From the NCBI GenBank assembly GCA_945901765.1, contig CAMDLO010000001.1, forward strand, positions 39,740 to 103,739: a DNA stretch of 64,000 bases. The letters run 5' to 3'. The notes below the pieces were generated by a model. That model searched no databases. It saw only the letters and a list, made by a program, of their open reading frames with translations, and had not been told where the DNA came from. The translations under genes were made by a program, and so were the position numbers. Within the stretch, counting starts at the first letter, position 1; each line of letters begins with the position of its first letter. Source of the DNA: Cyanobium sp. NIES-981 (GTDB lineage: Bacteria; Cyanobacteriota; Cyanobacteriia; PCC-6307; Cyanobiaceae). This document shows positions 1-8,029 of this stretch, one piece after another.

Positions 1-152
1 GCCACGCGCTTGGTCTCGATCACCCTTACCAAAGACCGTGGTCACCCCGCTACACCACAAAGGACACGATCATGTCCTACAACGAAACGAGCAATACGAA
101 CTTCACGAAAACCGATCTGACCGCACTCCAGAGTCTCTGGGGTGCGGCCTGA
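1..152 (+). CDS. C-terminal fragment of a metzincin (M10/serralysin-like) zinc metallopeptidase; 5' end outside window
   Basis: Frame 3 reads HALGLDHPYQRPWSPRYTTKDTIMSYNETSNTNFTKTDLTALQSLWGAA*. This gives the tail of the HExxHxxGxxH zinc site (HALGLDHP), a Met-turn (IMSY) and a D-x-x-A-L-Q-x-L-W-G end like M10 peptidases. Stop TGA 150-152. Absent from the ORF track because there is no start in the window. Confidence 0.6.
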   Translation, partial: HALGLDHPYQRPWSPRYTTKDTIMSYNETSNTNFTKTDLTALQSLWGAA

Positions 153-187
153 TCGGCCCAGCATCGCTGGGCTGATGCGGTCCTGAT

Positions 188-1237
188 TCAGGCGCCGCGT
201 CCGTAGGTGACCTGGCAGGCAGCGTTGATCAACTGAGCCTCTGCAGCGGTGCTGGGCACATCACCGTTGAGCAGGCCCTGCTCACAGTCGGCCTCCATCT
301 GATAAGTGCCATATCCGTTGTTGACAGCAAATGTCACCCCACTGTTCTGAACGGGCTGCACGGTTCCGTAGTAAAGCTGCCAGTTGCTGTTGGGAACAAC
401 AATGGCAGTCTGCCGCTGGGTGATGGCGCGATTGATGGCGTTGTTGAGAATCGCGGCAGTCGTCAATGCGGTGACGCCCCACACAATCGACTGGCCAGCC
501 CACCAGCCCCACGGCGGTGAACTCCAGCCGCCATACCAGTTACCTCCCCAGGGCCTGTTGTTGTACCAACCGGATCGGCGAGCCCAGCCCGGGTAGGCAC
601 CATAATTGTTGTTGATCACGACCCGCTTGGTCCAGATATTGCGGTTGCGACGGTTGTAATCACGCCAACGGTTGCTGTCCCAGTCTTTCCAGCGATCCTT
701 ATCACGGGCTTTGCGATCATCCCAGCCCTTGTCATAGCCCTTTTCGAGCCCCTTGTCCTTGCCTTTCTGGAAACCTTCCTGGTAGCCAGCCTCATTACCC
801 TTTTTGTAGCCCCGATTCAGCCCCTTATCTTTTCCGTCTTCATAGCCTTTTTCATAGATACGCTCGCGCTGCTTCTTGTTGAGGTTCTGCTTCTGATCGC
901 TGTGACCAGAATCCTTCGTGTGAGACGAACTGCCAGAACCCGAATGCTGGTTTTTCTGTTGTTGGTTTTTCTGTTGCTGGTTTTTCTTCTTCGCGTCCTT
1001 GTCCTTGGTCTTGGTCTTGCTGTCGTCCTGATTGGCCAGCAGATCGGCGGTAGCGTCAAGCCGGGTCATCGGCGCCGATGTCGAACCGGTGGTCGCCAGG
1101 TTGCGACCCGCTGCCAGAACCGGCAGGGGACCCGTGCTGGCCATCACCACGGCCATCACGGTCGCCAGCGAGGGCAAGCCAGGCGGGAGGGCCGGAGAGC
1201 TGCCGGGCCGCTCGGGAGACCGGTGAAACCTCATCAT
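188..1237 (-). CDS. Hypothetical secreted/membrane protein with signal peptide, Lys/Asn/Gln/Ser low-complexity tract, deca-GX3 glycine repeat, Trp/Gly/Arg/Asn-rich block, one hydrophobic segment and a 2-Cys C-terminal domain
   Basis: ORF 188..1252 begins with TTG; the ATG-ATG at 1237 (MMRFH..) is the likelier start. Hydrophobic h-region is ATVMAVVMASTGPLPVLAAG. Lower GC than neighbours (line 601-660 is 28/60 G+C). I recognise no family for the whole protein. Confidence 0.6.
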   Translation of the reverse strand: MMRFHRSPERPGSSPALPPGLPSLATVMAVVMASTGPLPVLAAGRNLATTGSTSAPMTRLDATADLLANQDDSKTKTKDKDAKKKNQQQKNQQQKNQHSGSGSSSHTKDSGHSDQKQNLNKKQRERIYEKGYEDGKDKGLNRGYKKGNEAGYQEGFQKGKDKGLEKGYDKGWDDRKARDKDRWKDWDSNRWRDYNRRNRNIWTKRVVINNNYGAYPGWARRSGWYNNRPWGGNWYGGWSSPPWGWWAGQSIVWGVTALTTAAILNNAINRAITQRQTAIVVPNSNWQLYYGTVQPVQNSGVTFAVNNGYGTYQMEADCEQGLLNGDVPSTAAEAQLINAACQVTYGRGA

Positions 1238-1390
1238 CGGAAGTCGGATCAAAGGAACAGGGAGCCCGCCTGATGGATTCAGACGGTGTCACCAGTCATG
1301 GTGCCGGCTGAATCTGTCAGAAGCCAAACTGATCGGCCCGGAGTTGTGACCGGATATGACTCCCCGGCAGCCAGGCGGAACACGGCTGTT

Positions 1391-1570
1391 TCAGAGCACC
1401 TGGGCCACAAGCACCGCCGCCAGCGCCGAGAACAGGGTGATGGTGAGGGCGGTGAGGGGATTCTGGCCCTGGGCCACGGCCAGACTGGTCACGATGCCCG
1501 CCCCAAGACTGGCGACAGACAACTGGCTCACCAGTTCGCTGCGATCACGGGGTGTGGGGCTGGGGGTCAC
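1391..1570 (-). CDS. Possible small (59 aa) membrane protein, GTG start
   Basis: Hand translation: VTPSPTPRDRSELVSQLSVASLGAGIVTSLAVAQGQNPLTALTITLFSALAAVLVAQVL*. It has two hydrophobic stretches and sits in the otherwise empty gap downstream of the ycf46-like gene. At 59 aa it is absent from the ORF track, whose shortest listed ORFs are 60 aa. No ATG; start uncertain. Confidence 0.3.
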   Translation of the reverse strand: MTPSPTPRDRSELVSQLSVASLGAGIVTSLAVAQGQNPLTALTITLFSALAAVLVAQVL

Positions 1571-1640
1571 GGCGGCAGAGATGGCTGAACCGGACCGTAG
1601 AGGCTGCGATCAGCAACGCCAGGCTGGGCAAGCCGGCTTG

Positions 1641-3146
1641 TTACGCCGCGTCGGAGTTCGTCACACCGCGCAACCTGGAAGCGGGGCGGGCCCGGCCGCC
1701 CAGGGCCCATGCCTGCAGCTGCTCCAGCTGTTCGCGGGCGGTGCGTGACAGCGGCACGACCTGGCTGGCGGCCGCCACCAGATCGGCCTCGGTGAAATCG
1801 CGCCCCTCGGCGAACGCCAGATGCATCGCTTCGATCACGGTCTGCTCCAGCTCAGCCCCGGAGAAGCCGCTGGTGCGATCCACAAGCACCTCAAGCGGGA
1901 TGGAATGGCCAGGCCGGCGGCGCCGCAACTGCAGGTCAAGGATGGCGCGCCGCTCCTCAACACTGGGCAGATCGAGCAGAAAGATCTCATCAAAGCGGCC
2001 CTTGCGCAGCAGCTCAGCCGGCAGACGCTCCACGCCGTTGGCGGTGGCCACCACGAACACGGCGCTGGTCTTCTCCGCCATCCAGGTGAGCACCGTGCCC
2101 AGCACCCGCTGGCTGGTGCCGCCGTCGCTGCGGCTGTCCCCACCGAAACCCTTGTCGATCTCGTCGATCCACAGCACGCAGGGCGCCATCGCCTCGGCCC
2201 GCTGGATCATCTCGCGAGTGCGGGCCTCGCTGGCCCCCACCAGGCCGGCAAACAGGCGTCCAAGATCGAGCCGCAGCAGCGGCATCGCCCAGCTGTGGGC
2301 GATCGCCTTGGCCGTGAGGGACTTCCCCGTGCCCTGGGGCCCCACCAGCAGCACGCCGCGGGGCAAGGGCAAGCCATAGCGGCGCGCTTCCTCGCTGAAT
2401 GCCATCCGGCGCTGCTCCAGCCAGTGCTTGAGGGCCTCCAGACCGCCGATGTCGGCGGGGGTGGCCTCACTGGGGCAGTACTCCAGCAATTCGGTCTTGG
2501 CAATGGCCTGGCGTTTCTCCTCCAGCACCTCGGCGAGGTCCTCCTCGCCGAGGTGACCGCGGCGGGCCAGGGCCCGAGCGGCCAACTGGCGCACCCGCTG
2601 CTCGCTCAGCCCATGGCAGGCGCTGGTGAGCTGGTTGAGCACAGCGGCTGGCAGAGGCTTGCCACTGGCCTCAGCAATCGCCCCGAGCAGCTGGCCGATC
2701 TCGGCCGCATCCGGCAGGGGCAGCTCCAGAACGGTGACACAGTCGTCGAGCTCCGGCGGCAGCTGCCAGGCCGGCGCCGTGATCACCACGGTGCGGGGAA
2801 CCTGCCGCAAGGCCGTGGCCAGGTTGCGCAGGCGGCGACAGATGCCCGCGTCTTCGCTGTAGCGGTGGAAATCGCGCAACAGCAGAATCGCGCCTTGCTC
2901 CTGTGGCAACGGATCGAGACAAGCCAGGGCCGCCAGTGGATTGCGGGCCGCCTCCCCCTCTCGGTTGGGGGCACCACTGAGTCCGGCAATGAAATCCCAG
3001 CTGAGCAGGGTGCGGTTGCCCAATCGCTGGGCCGCCTGCACCATCAGCCGTTGCACCCGTTCCTCCTCCAGGCTGCGGATCCAGAGGATGGGGGTGCGTG
3101 AGCGGATCAGCAGATCCAGCTGATCCTCCCAGGGGGGGAGCGTCAT
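1641..3146 (-). CDS. ycf46: AAA+ ATPase, Ycf46-like
   Basis: Walker A is GVLLVGPQGTGKSLTAK and Walker B is VLWIDEIDK, with a long N-terminal non-ATPase domain. Trimmed to ATG 3146 (MTLPPWEDQ..., 501 aa), which overlaps the upstream stop as ATGA. Confidence 0.85.
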   Translation of the reverse strand: MTLPPWEDQLDLLIRSRTPILWIRSLEEERVQRLMVQAAQRLGNRTLLSWDFIAGLSGAPNREGEAARNPLAALACLDPLPQEQGAILLLRDFHRYSEDAGICRRLRNLATALRQVPRTVVITAPAWQLPPELDDCVTVLELPLPDAAEIGQLLGAIAEASGKPLPAAVLNQLTSACHGLSEQRVRQLAARALARRGHLGEEDLAEVLEEKRQAIAKTELLEYCPSEATPADIGGLEALKHWLEQRRMAFSEEARRYGLPLPRGVLLVGPQGTGKSLTAKAIAHSWAMPLLRLDLGRLFAGLVGASEARTREMIQRAEAMAPCVLWIDEIDKGFGGDSRSDGGTSQRVLGTVLTWMAEKTSAVFVVATANGVERLPAELLRKGRFDEIFLLDLPSVEERRAILDLQLRRRRPGHSIPLEVLVDRTSGFSGAELEQTVIEAMHLAFAEGRDFTEADLVAAASQVVPLSRTAREQLEQLQAWALGGRARPASRLRGVTNSDAA

Positions 3147-3682
3147 GGCGAAGCGGGCGGCTCGACCAGGCGGGCCAGGGTCGCCCAGCGCGGGTCTCCG
3201 CCTGGCTCCGCCGTGCCCCAGCTGGCTGGACCGGGGCAGGCGGCACCACAGCGGCTCACTGCCGGGATCCGCAGACTGAGCTGTTCGAAGGCCCAATGGG
3301 CCGGATCGAAGCTGCCGGCCGGATCGATGCTTTCGCTCAGGGCATCCGGATCGAGATCGAGCACCGCCTCACCCGCCTCGATCTGCCAGGTCTCCGGCTC
3401 CCCGTCGCGGGCCGCTTCGCCCAGCCAGATCAAGTCGCGGATGCGGAAGCTGAGGGGTTGGTTGAAGTGCTGCAGGCAGCGATCGCAGCAGCGGGTGAGA
3501 ATCGTGGCTGCTTCCCCATCCACCTCCAGCAGGTTGCCGCGGTGCACGGCGTGCACGTGACCGCGCACCGGGGTGAGGCTGTCCAGACCAGCGAGGTGCT
3601 GATCGAGAACCCAGTGGCGGCCTTCGGCCAGACCAGCCAGTTCCTGGATCGAAACCGGGCGGAGATCAGCCACGGGATGCAC
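3143..3682 (-). CDS. YceD/DUF177 family protein
   Basis: 179 aa with the paired Cys motifs (CCDRC ... CGAACPG) and acidic linker typical of DUF177. GTG start at 3682; the stop overlaps the ycf46-like ATG. Confidence 0.7.
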   Translation of the reverse strand: MHPVADLRPVSIQELAGLAEGRHWVLDQHLAGLDSLTPVRGHVHAVHRGNLLEVDGEAATILTRCCDRCLQHFNQPLSFRIRDLIWLGEAARDGEPETWQIEAGEAVLDLDPDALSESIDPAGSFDPAHWAFEQLSLRIPAVSRCGAACPGPASWGTAEPGGDPRWATLARLVEPPASP

Positions 3683-3703
3683 GCGGTTCAGGGTCTCAGG
3701 CCA

Positions 3704-4855
3704 TCACTTGCGGCCTTTCGGCTCGAACGGCAGCCTTCCGGCCGCGTCGCCGGCAGCACCACCGGCGGAGGCCGCCACGGTGACCGCCTGCTGGGCGAGC
3801 TGCTGATCAAGAATCTTCTGAAGATTCTCCGGCAGGGCTTCCCGGGTGAGCAGGAAGGTCTGCAGGGCCTGAAACACGTTCGCCACCACCATGTAGAGCA
3901 GCACCCCGGCGGGCAGGGGGAAAAACAGGAACATCGCCGTGATCATCACCGGCGTGATCTTGTTGGCTGTGGCCTGCTGAGGATTGGCGGGCATGCCGCT
4001 CCCGGAGAGGATCTGAGAGAGGAAGAGCGAAGCGCCGAAAGCCGCCACCAGGATGGCGATGTCCCAGTTCACGCCCCCATCACCCATGAAGCCCACTTGG
4101 CCGAGGGCCTGAATGAACAGGAAGCCGGAGCGCGCTGCCAGACCGGGCACCTTGGCCTCGACCGTGGCATCACCCGGAGCCAGCGCCGTGATCATGCCGT
4201 TCTGATCAACGCTCACCACACTGTCGCCCTTGGTGACGCTCCAGTTGGGCTGAAACTGACTGCCGTTCTCGGCAGCACTGAGCACGCTGCTGAAGCTGGC
4301 CCCGTCCCTGGTGTGCAGGCTCACGGTCTGCCGGTCCCCGACGCCGATTTTGGTGCCCGACTCCAGGGTGCCGATCACCGGCACATGGTTGCTGCTGCTC
4401 AGGAAGATGGCATGGCTTGGGGTGTTGAACGGCTTGGGTTCAACAGCAGCGATCTGGTCAGCGGGAAGAACCTTGACGTTGAAGGTGTAGGGGACATCAG
4501 CGAACGGCGAACCCCGCAGCGTTGCAAACAGTGCAAACAGAATCGGCATCTGCACCAGAAGGGGCAGGCAGCCGGCCAGGGGACTGCCGAACTCCTTCAT
4601 CAGCTTGCCCAGCTCCTCCTGCTGCTTCTGCGGATTGCTGGCGTACTTGGCCCGGATCTCCGCCTGCCGCTGCTGCATCACCGGCTGGGCGATGCGCATC
4701 CGCCGGGCGTTACGGATCGAGCCGGCACTCAGGGGAAACAGAGCCAGGCGGATCACCACGGTGAGGGCGATGATCGCCAGGCCATAGCTGGGCACCAATC
4801 CGTAGAAGAAATCGAGGATCGGAATCAGCAGGTTGTCGGAGATGTAGCCGATCAC
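3704..4855 (-). CDS. yidC: Membrane protein insertase YidC (Alb3/Oxa1 family)
   Basis: N-terminus [32 protein letters not shown], then [34 protein letters not shown]. Classic position after rnpA. Confidence 0.95.
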   Translation of the reverse strand: MIGYISDNLLIPILDFFYGLVPSYGLAIIALTVVIRLALFPLSAGSIRNARRMRIAQPVMQQRQAEIRAKYASNPQKQQEELGKLMKEFGSPLAGCLPLLVQMPILFALFATLRGSPFADVPYTFNVKVLPADQIAAVEPKPFNTPSHAIFLSSSNHVPVIGTLESGTKIGVGDRQTVSLHTRDGASFSSVLSAAENGSQFQPNWSVTKGDSVVSVDQNGMITALAPGDATVEAKVPGLAARSGFLFIQALGQVGFMGDGGVNWDIAILVAAFGASLFLSQILSGSGMPANPQQATANKITPVMITAMFLFFPLPAGVLLYMVVANVFQALQTFLLTREALPENLQKILDQQLAQQAVTVAASAGGAAGDAAGRLPFEPKGRK

Positions 4856-4914
4856 GGCGCTGGGGGTGCAGAGGTGGGTGGGGGTCAGCGTGGCTCAGTG
4901 TGCCTGAGGGGGCG

Positions 4915-5331
4915 TCAGGCGGCGATGCCCTTAGGGCGGGGCGACCTGATGGCGGCCGCTCCACGCCGCTCCTCAATGAACGACTCCAGTTCGCGGAAGC
5001 GCGGAACCGAGCGCATTTCCAGCCGGGCCCCGTCACTGAGCACCAGCACCATGTCGCCCCAGGCGCCGAAGCCCCGCGGCACACTGCGCACCTCCCGGAT
5101 CTGGCTGTACACCACCTGGGTGCGGTCGCGGCCCAGCCAGCCGCCGTTGACCTCGATCCGGCGGCTGGTGATGCGGAAGCGCAACCACAGAGCGCGCGTG
5201 ATTGCCCCCACAGCAAAGGGGATGCCGATCAGGGTGAGGCCGAAGAGCAGGTTGAGGATGAGGTCACCTCGGGCAGGCCCACCCTCATAGAACACGGTTT
5301 CCTGAATGTCAGGGGAGGCTGGCTTGCTCAT
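4915..5331 (-). CDS. Two-TM + bacterial PH (bPH_2/DUF304-like) domain protein
   Basis: 138 aa. TM hairpin is LILNLLFGLTLIGIPFAVGAI, followed by RITSRRIEV..G..R....V.YSQIREV, as in YdbT-type PH domains. Overlaps the rnpA 3' end by 23 nt. Confidence 0.75.
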   Translation of the reverse strand: MSKPASPDIQETVFYEGGPARGDLILNLLFGLTLIGIPFAVGAITRALWLRFRITSRRIEVNGGWLGRDRTQVVYSQIREVRSVPRGFGAWGDMVLVLSDGARLEMRSVPRFRELESFIEERRGAAAIRSPRPKGIAA

Positions 5332-5710
5332 GAATCAGGCCGGCGCGCTGAAGTAAGTCCAGGCATTCTCCCAGCAGCTCGGCCCCAGTGCGTTCGGCGC
5401 TGCCGGGGCGAAGACTGAGCAGCAACCACACCGGACCCTCCGGCCGACCGATCGGCAGGGTCAGCAGACCCTGATGCAGCAGGCGGCGCAGGCGATTGCG
5501 ACGCACCGCACGCTTGTGCACCTTGGCGCTCACCACCACACCACAGCGCCAGGCAGCCTGAACGCGGCCGCGCTGGCTGGGGGGAAGCCGATCGCATTGG
5601 GCCGGCAACCACCGCAACATCAAAAAAGGGCCGTGGATGGCACGACCCCGCCGATAGAGCTTGGCAAACGTGGATTGCCCCTTGAGCCGATGCCGTTGCG
5701 GCAGGGCCAT
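5309..5710 (-). CDS. rnpA: Ribonuclease P protein component
   Basis: MALPQRHRLKG..F..LYR.G; a basic 133-aa protein immediately downstream of rpmH. Confidence 0.9.
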   Translation of the reverse strand: MALPQRHRLKGQSTFAKLYRRGRAIHGPFLMLRWLPAQCDRLPPSQRGRVQAAWRCGVVVSAKVHKRAVRRNRLRRLLHQGLLTLPIGRPEGPVWLLLSLRPGSAERTGAELLGECLDLLQRAGLIHEQASLP

Positions 5711-5743
5711 CAGACGGGACGGACGGGAGAACGAGGGAGTGCG

Positions 5744-5881
5744 TCAGACCGCCAGCCGGGAGCGGCCACGGCGACGACGGGCCCGGATCACGCGACGACC
5801 GGTGTGGGTGCGCATGCGCACCCGAAAGCCTGAAACACGCTTGCGCTTGCGGCTGGTTCCTTCAAGAGTGCGCTTGGTCAT
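5744..5881 (-). CDS. rpmH: 50S ribosomal protein L34
   Basis: Hand translation: [45 protein letters not shown] (45 aa). Absent from the ORF track, whose shortest listed ORFs are 60 aa. Confidence 0.95.
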   Translation of the reverse strand: MTKRTLEGTSRKRKRVSGFRVRMRTHTGRRVIRARRRRGRSRLAV

Positions 5882-5954
5882 GGCCTGGGGCTGACTCCTC
5901 TCTGCTCGTCGTTTCTGGGCTGAGGAGCCAACCTATCAGGCCGCCTGGCCACGG

Positions 5955-6034
5955 GGATTCAGTTGGGCAGGGATTCAGTTGGGCAGGGATTCAGTGGGGC
6001 GGTGGTTCAGTGGGGCGGTGGTTCAGTTGGGCGG
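5955..6034. repeat. Five contiguous copies of a 16-bp unit (GGATTCAGTTGGGCAG x2, GGATTCAGTGGGGCGG, TGGTTCAGTGGGGCGG, TGGTTCAGTTGGGCGG)
   Basis: Read directly; there are no spacers. The last copy contains the stop codon (6023-6025) and the final PPN codons of the gene at 6023..6670. Confidence 0.9.
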
Positions 6035-6670
6035 ATCGATCTGGATCAGCCAGCTGCCGAGGTAGCCGGAGATCGGCACATCGCCGGGGGCCTGGGCCAG
6101 AGCATTGAACTGGTACATGCCGTCGTTGAACGGATTGAACAGCAGCAGATAGACCCCGATGGTGCCCTTATCAGAGACGGGCGTGTCCGGGAAGATCTCG
6201 ATGGCACCGCCGTTCTCGGCGATTTCGATGGTGGCGGGGATCTTCTCCAGGCAGCGGGTGCGCGCCATCATTCCCCCTTCACTCATCCGGCACAGCTTGA
6301 CCCGCTTGGCATCGATGGTGGCATCGAAGCCCTTGGGGATGGTGACGCTCAGCTTGAGGATCGCAGTCTTGCGATCCTTCGGCCTCAGAATGAGATACCA
6401 CTCCGAGCGCTTGAGGCGCTGGGTGTTGGTCATGAAGAAGTAAAGCTTCCTGTAGTCCCTGCTGTTGTCCCAGCGAAACTCCATCAGACCCGGCGTCCCC
6501 TGAGCCCTGGCGGGAGAGCTGATCAGGTCGGGAAGGGCTGAGCGAGCCGAACCCAGGGCCCCAGGCAGGCCACGGCCGAGGGTCGCAATGTTCGGGACGG
6601 CGGCGGCGATGAGGCCGGCGGCAGCGGAAAAAGCCAGCAGAGCACGCCGTGGCGGTGGGAACAAGCGCAT
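6023..6670 (-). CDS. Secreted hypothetical protein, tentatively DUF2808-like (cyanobacterial)
   Basis: ATG start. Signal-like N-terminus is LLAFSAAAGLIAAAV. The conserved-looking core EFRWDN..DYRKLYFF...LKLSV.IPKGFDA resembles cyanobacterial DUF2808 proteins as I recall them. Family assignment is unverified. Confidence 0.55.
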   Translation of the reverse strand: MRLFPPPRRALLAFSAAAGLIAAAVPNIATLGRGLPGALGSARSALPDLISSPARAQGTPGLMEFRWDNSRDYRKLYFFMTNTQRLKRSEWYLILRPKDRKTAILKLSVTIPKGFDATIDAKRVKLCRMSEGGMMARTRCLEKIPATIEIAENGGAIEIFPDTPVSDKGTIGVYLLLFNPFNDGMYQFNALAQAPGDVPISGYLGSWLIQIDPPN

Positions 6671-6726
6671 CGGGGCAGGCTTCAGGGGTTTTGATTCTCA
6701 GCAGGACAGATGGACGGGCGCCGGTT

Positions 6727-7116
6727 TCAGTGGCCGGCGGCTGAGCTGGCGCGATCCGGCCGCAGCCGGCTGGCTTCGCGCAGGTAGGGATGGCAGGGTT
6801 CTCGTTCCGGCTCCAGCCAGGCATGGGCCAGCAGCCGGATGCAGCGGGGCAGATCACCGGCCACCGCCATCTGCTGGCAATCGAGCAGGGCCACCTGCTC
6901 CCAGCCGTTGCGGCGGCGGGCGACGGCCGCCGGAAAGACCGCGTTCAGATCGGCGGTCACTGAAAAGGTCACCGACACCAGCCGCTCCCCCGCCAGCCCG
7001 TTGCGGCTGACCAGCGCATCCACCAGTTCAGCCACAGCGGCCGTGATCGCCTCGCTGGTGTTGGCCTCGGCCGTGGTGGCACCGCGCAGGGCGCGCAGCT
7101 GCAGCGCGCCGCTCAT
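6727..7116 (-). CDS. aroH: Chorismate mutase, AroH class
   Basis: LRALRGATTAEANT.EAI..AV.EL... and a ~125-aa size. ATG at 7116 forms ATGA with the sppA stop; the track ORF starts 3 codons upstream at a GTG. Confidence 0.8.
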   Translation of the reverse strand: MSGALQLRALRGATTAEANTSEAITAAVAELVDALVSRNGLAGERLVSVTFSVTADLNAVFPAAVARRRNGWEQVALLDCQQMAVAGDLPRCIRLLAHAWLEPEREPCHPYLREASRLRPDRASSAAGH

Positions 7117-7925
7117 GGCCGCCACAGCCAGAGGGGCTGGCCGGACCAGGCCAGTTCAAGGCTGAACACCTCAACAACACCGCGCAGGGCGGAGCGGCCG
7201 GGCAGCAGACCGGCGAATCGTTTTGGCGCGGCGCCGAACTCGCACGGTCTGGCCTTGTCGGGATCGAGGCCCGCCAGGCCAGCCAGCAGGCGGCGAGCGT
7301 GCTCCTCGTCGCCCAGCTCATCGACCAATCCGTGCTCAAGGGCCTGGGCGCCGCTGAACACCCGGCCATCGGCGAAGGCGCGCACCTGGCTCTCCGCCAG
7401 GCCCCGGCCGCTGGCGACGGCGGCGACGAACTGGCCATAGCTCGAGTCGATCAGACCCTGCAGCAGATCCCGCTCGGCATCGGTGAGGGCCCGGTCCGGC
7501 GACAGGATGTCCTTGTAGAGGCCACTCTTCACGGTTTCGAAGCTGATGCCGATCCGCTCCAGCAAGCGGGAGAGGTTGTTGCCCCGCAGGATCACCCCGA
7601 TCGAGCCGGTGATGGTGCCCGGGTTGGCGACGATCCGCTCAGCCGCCACGCCGATGTACACCCCGCCGGAGGCTGAGATGTTGCCGAAACTGGCCACCAC
7701 CTTGCAGCCCTTCTGGCGCAGCCGCAGCAGGGCGGCGTGGATCTCCTGGCTGTCGCCGACGGTGCCGCCGGGGCTGTCGATCCGGAGCAGCAGGGCGGGG
7801 CACTCCCGCTGCTCCACCTGGCGCAGAGCCCGGAGCACCCGCCTGCGGGTGCCCCCGGCAATGGGCCCCTCGATGGCGATGCGGGCCAGGGTGCGGCGGG
7901 ACTTGCGGCGCCAGGGCCAGGCCAT
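7113..7925 (-). CDS. sppA: Signal peptide peptidase SppA, 36K type
   Basis: LLRIDSPGGTV, ASGGVYIG, PGTITGSIGV. Trimmed to ATG 7925 (MAWPWRRKS..., 270 aa). Confidence 0.9.
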   Translation of the reverse strand: MAWPWRRKSRRTLARIAIEGPIAGGTRRRVLRALRQVEQRECPALLLRIDSPGGTVGDSQEIHAALLRLRQKGCKVVASFGNISASGGVYIGVAAERIVANPGTITGSIGVILRGNNLSRLLERIGISFETVKSGLYKDILSPDRALTDAERDLLQGLIDSSYGQFVAAVASGRGLAESQVRAFADGRVFSGAQALEHGLVDELGDEEHARRLLAGLAGLDPDKARPCEFGAAPKRFAGLLPGRSALRGVVEVFSLELAWSGQPLWLWRP

Positions 7926-8029
7926 GCACGAGCTGTTGAGATGATCGGATCTTAAAAACAAGCGGCGCTGTGGTCCTGCGGGCCCCCGGCCCTCTCTATC
8001 TCTCTCCGGTTCCCTCTCAGGCGGTGTTG

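Noticed and set aside
155-173. Hairpin GCCCAGC-ATC-GCTGGGC between the convergent left-edge genes, as a bidirectional terminator
   Set aside because: The stem is only 7 bp, the loop is 3 nt, and no U-run follows on either strand. It is mentioned in the finding but not called as a feature.
3098-5290. 730-aa + strand ORF spanning the region of DUF177, yidC and the PH-domain gene
   Set aside because: It lies antisense to four minus-strand genes with unmistakable conserved motifs. Its translation is Arg/Gly/Ala/Pro-rich with no recognisable domain. Stop-codon-poor antisense frames are expected at this GC content.
5882-6022. Replication origin / DnaA boxes near rpmH-rnpA, as in many bacteria
   Set aside because: No TTATCCACA or TTTTCCACA-like boxes or AT-rich unwinding element were seen by eye. 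No dnaA or dnaN is in the window.
5955-6034. Whether the tandem arrays (also 56105-56156 and 47437-47474) could be CRISPR arrays
   Set aside because: The units are 13-16 bp and directly abutting with no spacers, and no cas genes are present. They are micro/minisatellite-type repeats, not CRISPR.
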